From contig NC_068985.1 of NCBI RefSeq assembly GCF_001194135.2, positions 23,327,660-23,391,659 of the forward strand: DNA of 64,000 nt. Direction: 5' to 3'. Every line of letters starts with the position of its first letter. Positions within the stretch are counted from its first letter, which is position 1. The notes beneath the pieces were generated by a model. That model saw nothing but the letters and a program-made list of their open reading frames with translations. It was not told the origin of the DNA and did not search any database. Positions 36,311 through 47,326 of the stretch are shown in pieces. This stretch comes from Octopus bimaculoides. Lineage: Eukaryota. A program made the position numbers and the translations under genes.

Positions 36311-37980
36311 ACTATAGTAGCAGTAGAAAGAGTATAGAGAGAGATGTGTCTTAAAATTTGGTGGTAGATTTCTATTCTTAATTATGTTTCTCAAAGGTAA
36401 GTATTTCCAGCTTCTATTAACTCAGACATTGTGAGACAATGTTGTTTTCTTGATATTTTTTTCCATATATTTTGAGAAATGCAATTTTTTTTTCTCATTT
36501 ATATTAAATACATCTTTCCATCAGCTTTTAAAGTTTTCTGTTATATTATTTTCACTTTTCAATAACTTCCACCTCTGAGACCAGATGATGTCATATTTTA
36601 GCAACTTTCATTTGCTCATGTTTATCCAGCCACTTTTCTTTGGGTCATATTTGTTTTACTTCATACTATGTTACTGTTATCCATTGGATAATATTGTCCT
36701 CTTTTAGTAATTTTTACTGTTGTATGGTACCTACTTTATGCATTGCTATTTCTTGAGACATATTTTCTGTTCTACATTGTCATCCTTCAGACTATGTTGC
36801 TGTCCTGAAATGCTGTGCCCTCCACCTTACTTCAAGCATTATTTAAGTATCTTCCTTCAGATATTGGGGCTGTTCTTCATTGACATTCTTCTGGCATACA
36901 TGTTTTCCAATATTCTATCTTCTACCAGCCATTGCTGTCTATGTTATACTTGAAAAAAAATTAGCAAAATTCTGTATTCTTGTTTGAAGTCAGTTCAGCT
37001 TAAAATACCAGATAGTCTTTTCTAATCTCAGAAATGTATGATGGCCATAACAAAACCTCTTTTTATCATTTTCAAGCATACATTTATCTTCAACTTGAGC
37101 TTTACATCTCCTGCAATGGGAAAATGTCCAAAAAACGAAAAGAGAATGTCATTTTTAACTCTTTTAGTGCAGTGTAGTTTTTTGTGGGTATGTGGAATAA
37201 CTTTTTATGTAATTTAATGAATGTAAGATGTGTCATCATTTAATCCCCGAGGAGCTAAAACTGTTTGATATTTTGCATGAAACTTTGTCACATATAAAAA
37301 CAGCAAACTGTTGAGCAGTCTGCACATAAGGGAATAACAATATTGAGTCATTCTGGAGTGGGTTATGCACTGAAAGAGTTAAGGTATCTATTCCATATTT
37401 TCTTGAAATATTTGCATTTTCCACTTGAACAGATGCTAATTTTGTATAAAAAAAATTTAGTGACTGGAATGATTTGGAACCATAGTATATGAACATGGAA
37501 AAGTATTTCCAAATTTTGTCTGTTGATCTAATCTTGTAAATTATTCTCTCATCTCACCCATCACATTTTACATCCACTTCTGTTATGCTTGGATGACTAT
37601 AATGGTATATGCAGTTGTGATCATTTACAAACTGTTGCAACAATTTTTATATTTTTGTTTCTGCTAGCAGCTATCCAGACAAAAGCTAATATAGTTATGT
37701 TCCTTCCTCAAAAGTACAATATTGGATGCCATTTTTGATCAGTGTACTTGTGGCTAGTAGTTTAGCACATTCATCACATCCCTTTGTACCTCCGTAAGCC
37801 ATTGTGTTGTGTAACCCATTTGGTTTTGGGACAAATATCAATGAATTTCGATTTCACATAATATATCAAGAGCAAGTTAGCTCAGCAGAGTGTAATCCTC
37901 TGTAGCCTAGAACCACTGGAGATGTTGAATAGTGCTGCAAGCCAATGGCACACTCATACAATTCAAAGTGCTCCCTCTGT

Positions 37981-38150
37981 TTAACTCTTAAGCATTTAAA
38001 CTGGCCATTTCTGGCTCAAATGTTCTGTTTTATGTTCAAACTAGCAAGATCTGATCTCTCACACCTACCCTGCAATATCATATCATTGAAATCTTGAAGC
38101 TTTCAGATAATGTATGATAAATTCAAAACATTGTGACAATAATTTGCATG
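37981..38150. mobile_element. Partial copy of the same TTAA MITE
   Basis: Shares ttaac..tt.a.cattta...tgttttatg.tcaaact...ccct.caatatca...tcattgaaatcttg with 62532-62700. Confidence 0.55.
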
Positions 38151-38307
38151 CCAAAGCAGTGAGTTTTGTTTTTAAGCTAAATAGACTGAGCCGTATACTG
38201 AGTCTACAAATAGTGCAATACTGAAAACATGATAAAGCTGCCTATTTCTTAGCAAGTTGTCTAATACATTGTTGATTTAGCCATTCACGTACAAAAATTG
38301 TCTTGCA

Positions 38308-38463
38308 TACGCTTCTTTCAGTTTCTGTCTCCTAAATACCCTCACAAGTCTTTAATTGGCTCAGGGTTATAGCAGAAGACATTTGCCAAAGGTGCTGCAT
38401 AGTGGGATTGAACCTAAAGCTACGTGGTTGAGAAGCAAACTTCTTAACCACTCAGCCATGCCT
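38308..38463 (-). mobile_element. SINE family A head, diverged
   Basis: gcttctttcagtttctgtct...agaagacatttgccaaaggtgctgcatagtgggattgaacc. Confidence 0.7.
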
Positions 38464-39499
38464 TAGACCTATTTTACTTTCATTAATATTTATAATAATT
38501 TTATTGAATGAATGGATAGTGGAAATTTAGTCTTTGATTATGTGTGATCTCTTATTAAAATCTAGGATGCAGGATCAGAAATCTAGTGAAACTGCAATTT
38601 TATGTATGTTTCTATATACACACAGGAAGACTGACAATGATTAAATACATGTTAAACAAAGATATAGTATCAAGCTTCAGATTTTATTATTTCACATCTG
38701 TACTTATGCACCCACCTTTTTGTTCTGAGTTCTGACTCCACTTTAGTCAATTTTGTAATGCAAACTCATTACTAAGTATCAGATCAGTTGACTAAATGCC
38801 CTCCCAAAAAGTATGCCATTCTGTTTGAGGTTGAAGTTATTGCAACTTAATGTAAGGTCTTGGCTGATTTCATTTCACTGGAAAAGAATGAACATTTTTT
38901 ATCTTTTAGCTGTGACCTTTTTGTAGGACCTCCAAGTCTGATGAGTGAGAAAAAGGAAGGTGTCCCATAACAAGTGACTTAATCCAAATGCTTACAATGA
39001 AGAGGATGGTGCCAACTGATAGTGTTAAATTGGATGATGGGTAGACCACAGCAGAATTTGAACCAGAACAAATACAAGACATTCAGTCCCAAATATGTGT
39101 TTTTTTTTAATTACCCTAAATTGACTTCTGTGGGATTTGAACTCACTATTTAATGCTCAAACAATTTTACAAATTCGTCACTTGGGAATTGATAGATTTG
39201 TAGATGCTACTTTTAGAGCCAGGTTTCTATGGGGCCATCTTAGAGAGCTCGTTAAAAGAAACCATTTATATGGTGTTATATGTAGAAGTATCTTGAATTA
39301 TTTTTGCTCCTTTTGATTAGTTTGTTTACAGTTTATTCTTGTTTTTATTAGATATAGTTACTTTTTTTTTGTGTGTGTGTTCAGGTTGAAACGAATGTAA
39401 ATTGATCCTGCTTGAATTTTTATTTATAAAATAAATGTTGCTTAAGTACACTGGAAGTTTTGAGACTAAAAATTCTTTTATCATTTTAATTGTTAAGTA

Positions 39500-42400
39500 A
39501 ATAACTTGAGAAATTGCAGGTTTTTACAAACCTGCATCGAGCTTTCGATGCTAGGCGTTACCTTCGTTATTTTTATTAATAAAATTTTTGCGTTAGCGTG
39601 ACGTGTGAATACTTTTTTAGAATTCAGGAATTTTGTTCCCAGTTCATGGAATTTCCTTCTGGTGGCCAGACTGATATCTCGCTACGATATTTTCGTCATA
39701 GGTTTACATCCTTTAAACACAAGTGACGCACTGAAATTTATATATATATATATATATATATACACTCTCGCACACCAATGGTCATGTTTTTCTTTTGTTA
39801 ATGGAACAGTTGGTTTTGTACGGACATAACTGCAAATAAACTATTGTACTGAGAAGAAACGTACCGAAACTCTTACTACGTATGTAAATGTTATTCTTTT
39901 AACATCTCACTGTTAATAGCTGAGCTTGCTAAAGGGGTTTTATACCGACCGATATGTGATCGTTAAATAAGACTGAGTCATAATCCTTGGTTATTGAAGA
40001 AATCTCGAATATATTTAGTGGATATTTAGTTGATTTACTTTATCTTTATATGGTCAAAATATTGCCATTAATGCAGATGTTCTGATGCATTATTTGGGAA
40101 TTAAACATATTCACCCTCTCAAAAAGAAAAAAAGATGGCCATAATCCATAATATTCGCGTATACACACAAAATAAGGACACGATTAGGTGATGCCTCTTG
40201 TACGATGTTGTGAAGTAGCTGACATGGCACTAAGTCCCGTCTAGCATCGTCACCATCAAAATATGTTTTATAATTGATGTGTTGGAACAGAAAAATAAAA
40301 CAAAAATATAATAAAAATGCGAGCTACTAATAATGTGTCGGGAAGTAACTGTCGTAGCTAATAATTTCCATTTCAGATTCATAAATTCATTTCTTTCAAA
40401 TTGAGTCAAATTATTCTGCAGTCACAAACTTTGGCAAGCAGTACGTGTAAAGCAAGCCTTTTACTTTCCCCACCCCCGAGATTCAAACGCATTGAATCAG
40501 GGGAAATAACCCAGAACTGATGCTCTTTAACATTCACTTAAATAAATTTTTGATCGTTTTATTCCATTGACCCTTTCAAAAACCAATACTTACTGCGTAT
40601 GTTTATTTGAAAATGTTTTTATTTTTCTTTGAAAATGAAAAAGAAGAGTGAAAATTGAAAAAGAGTAAATATTCTGCGTTAAGTCGGACGTTATTCATTT
40701 TTACGGCAGTCGTAAATAGGTACATTTCCTGTAATTGCCGCCATATTGCCATGAAACACAAGCGTGACTGTCTGGTAAGACTGGCTGATTTCATTTAGCT
40801 CTCAGACATCCTTTATTTTAGATCATTTATTTCTTATCTTCGATTCATATTTGTGAAATTACTTCACATTCATTGTGTCAAGCGCGTTACCTTGTGTTGT
40901 CGATTGCTTATTTTTTGGCTCATTTCGCGGATATCTGTCTGTCTGTGTGTGTGTGTGTGTGTGTGTTTAAATGACGTTCTCTCTCAACTCTTTACGTTTA
41001 GTCGTGTTATTTTCGCATAGAATTAATTGCATTTGCATTTTTCAAATAGAAATAAATCTGTTAAGCTATTTTTTAAAAAACTTTCAATAATATTTAACCT
41101 TGGCCTCTTAGTGGACTCGCACTTGTCCACTATGTTCGATTGGTTGGTACGTGCTCCGCCACCTTCGCTCTGTGTCATTCACTTAATACATGACTATGGT
41201 GTCTCAACAATTTTCCTATTTAACAGTTTACATTTGCAACTTTTATCTTTCTTATACACATGCGTCTAAGCTTGTTTTATTTTTCTACAAGTAGATCTCG
41301 ATTACTCTTCGTTGTCTCTGCAACACTTTTTTTTTTCTATAACGTTTTCATAGAAGTCTTGAGCTGCTCAATGTCGGACATTTACCATCAGTGTGATAAC
41401 TACTGCCTACAGAAGGTGCGTCCCTTTGTAATTATTCATTAAAACATTTATTATCCTTGTTTTAATGTTTTTTTTCTTACTCATTTGTAAGCTTTCTCAT
41501 CAGTGTATTTTACCACTGACCTTTCAGTGTATTTGATACTCTTAAGTTTTTTCGTTTTCCTAATTTTCTTACAATGTCTCAATATTATTTGGTCTTTATT
41601 TTTAGCTTATATTTTTCGTTTTCATTTTGTTTCTCTTAGAAATTGGATCAAACCTTTTATTGATCTTTTAGTATTTTGTTTCTTTGTGTAAAATTCTAGC
41701 TAATTGGTTGTGCATGTGACTTGGGTTTCTGAATTCACTTATGGATATTCTCAAATTAAACGTTGCAGAAACCTTTTCAAAACTAATAATCGGGTATGAC
41801 ATTCGGGTCTGATTTTCTTTCTCTCGATGAGGTTTCATATCTTTAACAGGTTTTCATACGTTTCTTCTAACACTCGTTAAACATTATTGATTAAGTTCGA
41901 TTATGTTAATCTATTTTTCTTGGTTGATTTCTCTCCCTCTTGTATGCAACCTCTTATGAAAAATAAAAGCAAAAAACGCGAAACAAATAATGCTTGTCTA
42001 AAAAGTGGAACTAGCTGTGCATTACCAACCAGCAGCAGCTAATTTCGTCCAACTAATTAAATTCAATATCTACCGATCAGTCGATGTGATCTATCAGTTC
42101 GGATATATAGATTTTGCATACTGGTCGTCCTCCCCTTAATTTTTCATTTACAACTCACGATTCTCGAACTTTTTCATTTGTTAAATATTGTAACTTTATG
42201 ATGCTATTTAAATTCATCACGGCAATTACGTTAGTGGACTTGGCATTTGCCATGATTTTATATAAAATAGTTGTAACTAAACTCTTTAGACTGAGATTTT
42301 CTTAGTATCATCCTGTAATTAAGTTTTTAATGTAATCCGTGGAGTTAAATCTTGATGTTTGATTTGGAGTAGACAAACAAACTTCGCTTAGAATATATAT

Positions 42401-43086
42401 ACGTGTTGATTCTTTTGATTAGATGTTTGTCTGCTCTTTTTGAGAATGGAGTATTCTCTTTTTTTCTTCTGATAGAAATAAACTGGATTATAGATTAAAT
42501 TTCACTTTTTTTTTTTTACAACTCCGTCATTTCTTTTCAAAAATATAATCTCATTTTTAATAATTGTTGTTTTTTTGGATACGAATGTTATATTTCTGTG
42601 GAGTTATTTACTATGTTTTCTCCCCGAACTTACGCATTATAGCATATTACTCATTAAGTATTGATCGGTGATTAATTTATTACTAACTATTTATTCATGA
42701 TGGTGAATTTACTTTAGATATGGGCAGCTCAAGTTGATCTTCACATGTAAACTAATAAAACTTATCTAATATTCAGATTAACCATCTTATGTATTTTTAA
42801 GGATATATTCACATTGCCAACATTACAGTTTGCTATTTTCTTTCCTCCCAGTTAGAAGTGGTTGAGTAATTGACGTTGTTTATTATGAACGAAAGAATCC
42901 CATTCCTTGTAATTGTCTCAGTCTGTTTAAATATTGCGTGAATATAATACGGGAAACTGGAAAGAATTTAGAAAATTTCGTACAAGCGTCTAATTTCGTG
43001 ATTTACCACACCGTCAGAGAAAAAAAAAATAGATGTAAAATTTCTAGTGGGAGAGCATCTGCTTTATCTCACACCTTGTTAGAAAT

Positions 43087-43117
<31 letters not shown>

Positions 43118-43200
43118 GACATTGCATAAGGTAGTCTGTAAAAGACGGAATGATCATGACAAAAATATCTTACCACAGGCCTCACCGATCAGGACTGACC
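39500..43200. promoter_or_regulatory. CpG-retaining, transposon-poor intronic zone; putative internal promoter region
   Basis: CG dinucleotides are visibly frequent here and scarce in the flanking intron (judged by eye, not counted). YY1-type GCCGCCATATTG at 40737-40748; strong donor CTG|GTAAGA at 40775. Confidence 0.55.
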
Positions 43201-46200
43201 TGGGGCTAAACAGCAACAGATGTAAACATGTTAACGTATTGAGATAGGCATCTTGTTATACAGGTTGTTGCATTCTATTAGTTTGTCAGTGGTTATAAAT
43301 TTTGAAAAGTACGAAAGTTGTAATTTGTCAAAGAATTCTCTTGGATATCTGAAATGTCTTCATAGTTGTTATTGTCAGTGTTTAAAATTTTTTCTTTTAA
43401 ATATTGGCATGGAGTTAACAGCCCTTTCTTTATTCTCTGTAACTTATTCTCTTATTCCTTTAAGCTGATTGATCCTGCTATAGATAATCTTGACTGTTAG
43501 CTTATGACACTTTCTAACCAACAGATGTTGCCCATTGTTTGTTTTCATAGTGACTATCCTGTAATTTTGGTTTGCTCATTGATCCAGTGATTGAGGGTTC
43601 AAACCACGTCACTGACATTACACTTAATACAGACTTGTAATGATGTGCTCTATTTTTTTCATTCATTCTTTCATATTAGGTGGAATTATGCTTTGAAGAG
43701 TAGATGAGGCTAAAAAGGATTTTGAAGAATTTGCATTTTTAAAAATCTTAGATTATATAAATGTATTTAAAAATCATATAACTTTCTTTTCAATAAAATT
43801 TCAGTTTCAAAAACTTCAAGGCAATATTTTAACCTTCCATAAAAGTTTTCTTTGAGAAGTATAAGTTTATATATTTTAGTAAACTTTTAGATTCTCCATT
43901 TCATTTTGATTACTCATTGTATAAAAATAAACCCAGTCACAAACAAAAGGTTTGGAATCAATTTAACAACTGTTTGTTTAAAGTGCCATTAAATGTAATT
44001 AGGTTAACAGATTTGATTAAAGCTATAATTATATTTTTAATGTATTTTTCCATGCAGAGATAAGCCAATTTGAACATTTTGTAGAAGGCCTTGTTTGTGT
44101 AGCAATGTAAAAACAAATGTTCGGAGTGATCTTTAGGTCTATCATTATCAGAAATTATAGAATACCCTTTTGGGTAGGATTCATATGTATATTCCCAAAA
44201 ATGTTTTGGAATATATCTTGAATGGAAAATTTATACTTTTGTTTTTCTAATTAGGTGTTTTTTAAATTTCTTTTCAAATTAGTGTTTTTTTTTCTTTTGT
44301 GTTTGTTAGTGTGAGCAATTTAAGTAAACTGCTCATAGTCTTTAGATGCACTTAGACTTGGAAAATTAAGGTTTTGGTTCCATTAATCCAGATGTTTGAA
44401 GGTTGTGAAATGTGAATGATTTGTCTTTTGACTTTTTTCATAGTGTGATTTATTGTTATATGCCCCTTCTAAATCCAAATACAAAATCATATTGGGATTA
44501 AAAGCTATCTTTCATTTAGGTGAACTGAAGCATGTAATTAAGTGGAATGAAGTAATTTGTCAATGCAACAATGAAATAATTAGTTAGGGTCATTAATTAT
44601 TGAAGATCTGTCCAACCATGCAAGCACAGAAAAATGGATGTAATACTATGCTGATTGATTACACTTAAACTGTTTAATTGGAGTTTATAATAGCTGTTAT
44701 TTCAAAGGTCTGAGTAGAGCACCTATAGAAGATGAATAATCTGTCTTTCTTTCCTTCTTTCTCATACATGTATATGCATTTAGTAAATGAAGTTAGATTA
44801 TGATATATAATTCGCATAATTTAGATGCTTTATTTGACCATTCTAGTTCGTATACACAAAACACTAGTATATTTGGTGATATACTGTTTTACAGGTTTTG
44901 GTCATTGGAACATGACTATACTGGGACAACACCTTCAAGGGTCTAGCCAATTATATCAAATACAGTGCTTATTTTATTGGACTCTGTTTATTGCACTGTT
45001 AAGTTAAAACTGGTATAGACACCCATGCATGCTTAGATATGCTCCACACACATACATACTCACACTCATGAGATTATACCCTCCAGTGGTTTCTTGTTCA
45101 AGCTGCCACTGAATTTGAAACTACATGATTGTGAAGTGGACTTCTTTATGACCCTGCTATGTGTGTACTTATGTACATTAATGTTTTAGTGACTCAAGAC
45201 ATTGCTGGAAAGATAAATATAGAATAGGATATAATCTATTAACACTTATTTCAGCAATTCATTAAATCATTTGGATTTACAAAACTGTCTTAACAAAAAT
45301 GGGATTTCTTATTTAATCTTCCATGTCTTGGCAAATATTTGAAATATTCAGTTGTATGTTCTTGTCTGCAGCATTGAACTGTGTCTCTATATGAAATTTG
45401 CTTACAGCCACATTAAATGAATGAGAGAGAGATAAGTAACAATGATAAAATTGCAAGCAGTGGCTGGTAGGCAGGTGCTATAAGGTTTTGACCAGATTTA
45501 ACTATTAAAATAATGTTAGTGATATTAAGTTTCCTTTTCTTAATGTTTTATATGAAATGCTTAGCAATAAGTTGTATTTTTGTAGTAATTTTGCATAATT
45601 AGTATTGTGAAAATAGATTTCACCATATCGTAGACCTTTTTGTAGCAGTTATGTTGAATATTACTGTTGAAATAGTTCAGTGAATAAACCTTGAAATGTC
45701 TCTTTGTAAAAATAAGCTATTGAAAATTAAAATAAGTTTGGCTCCTTTCCTCGCCTATTTGCTAAAAAATAAGAGACATGACTCTATCCTTCATTGTTGT
45801 CACCTTATGTTAATGTTGTAAATGACATCACAGTCAAGAGATCTATACCTCATTACAGGAGTTGTCCCTTTGCCAATGAAAGTTTGGTGCTCTTGCTGTA
45901 ACAAATTGTTATTTAAGTGAGTATGTGCACATTCTTCACTCTCCATATGGCATTTTACATTTGGAGAGTAATGGTCATCACTGTTGTTTTGTCATTTCTT
46001 GAATATTTGTATGGATGAAATGATTTTATTTATTTGTAGTATTACCAAAACTGTTTTATGCTTATTTTTAGTTCTACTCATTGTTTATTTCTTCTCTTTT
46101 CCAAGATATAAATTTTAAGCATTTTCTCTTTTTTTTTTGTTAAATAATCTGACCGTGGTGTTTTGCTTGTTATTTTGAGAGTCTGTGGTCGTCATTGGCT

Positions 46201-46699
46201 GCTATTGTATTTAAGTCCAAGTTCAGTTCAGGGTATTTGTAGTAGATAGATATTTCAGAATTATGCTTTATTGTTGTTGTGGCTACAATTGTTTGTTTTT
46301 AGGGTGTTGGAAGTTGGGTCTGTTTTGAAAATTAGTTTATATGTATCTGTCCTTGCAATTTAGAAGTTTAATTTGATTATTATCTGAGGCAGATATGATT
46401 CTAAAAGTATTTAACTATTTGATAAACATTTGATAAATAAATATTCATGTGATACAGTATTTTTAAAAAGATAAATGTTTAATAATGATTTATTGCACAT
46501 GCAAACATACATGCACACATGCTTGCATTACAGTTTTGCTTCTTTCAAAAGTGAATTACATTTTCATTGGTTAATATGTTTTTAAGGTTATGTTCATTAG
46601 CAAATAACATTACATGTCTTGAAGACTTAATTGAATGAAGTTTTCATTAATGAAATTGATATTTTGGTATAAATAGTAAATTTTAGCTATAGATGTGAT

Positions 46700-47170
46700 C
46701 ATCATCATCATCATTTAACATCTTCCTTCCATGCTGGCATGGATTGGATGGCTTGACTGGAACTGGTAAGCCAGAGAACTGCACCAGGTTCCAGTCTGAA
46801 TTTGCCTTGGTTTCTATGGTGAAACACCCTTCCTAATGCCAACCACTCTGAGTGTGTGGTGGGTACCTTGTATGTGTCGCTGGTCTCAGCCACAACTACA
46901 ATTTCACTTGGTTTGATGAGTTTTCTCAAGCACAGCAAATTGCCAAAGGCCATGATCACTTGTCATCCCTTCTGTGAGACCCCTCATTCGAATATCATGT
47001 TTCACCATCTCATTCCGTGTCTTCCTGGGTCTACCTCTTCCACAGGTTCCCTCCGCAGAGATCAACACTTTACGCAACTGTCTTCATCCAAATGCATCAC
47101 ATGACCATACCAGTGTATTCATCTCTCTTGCACACCACATCTGATGCCTCTTATGCCCAATTTTTCTCTC
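46700..47170 (-). mobile_element. 5'-truncated RTE-clade LINE (ORF2 C-terminus, 3' UTR and (GAT)n tail)
   Basis: Minus strand GIRCGVQER*IHWYGHVMHLDEDSCVK...EGTCGRGRPRKT matches the RTE C-terminal motif WYGHV.RM...G.RGRP.KTW. It continues into the family-B repeat ending in (cat)n on the plus strand. Confidence 0.82.
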
Positions 47171-47286
47171 AAGACACTTATACTCTGTCGTACATGAACA
47201 CTGATGAACCTCATACAGCTCTCCAGCTTGCCAACTCTGGTCAAACCTCAAACTCATTCCAACATGGAAAACAGATGTTGATGATG

Positions 47287-47288
<2 letters not shown>

Positions 47289-47324
<36 letters not shown>
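47289..47324. repeat. (CA)n microsatellite
   Basis: Direct reading. Confidence 0.95.

Positions 47325-47326
<2 letters not shown>

Noticed and set aside
36560-37500. Possible further LINE and transposase relics on the minus strand
   Set aside because: Purine-rich, coding-like texture but motifs too degenerate to assign by eye.
14484-40700. Nested protein-coding gene on the minus strand driven from the 40.7-kb region
   Set aside because: The minus-strand ATGGCGGCA frame closes after 17 codons, and no downstream coding exons were recognisable; very small exons cannot be excluded.
29496-42082. Shared 13-mer ctaccgatcagtc near 29496 and 42070
   Set aside because: Repeated 13-mers are expected by chance in 64 kb; no flanking similarity.
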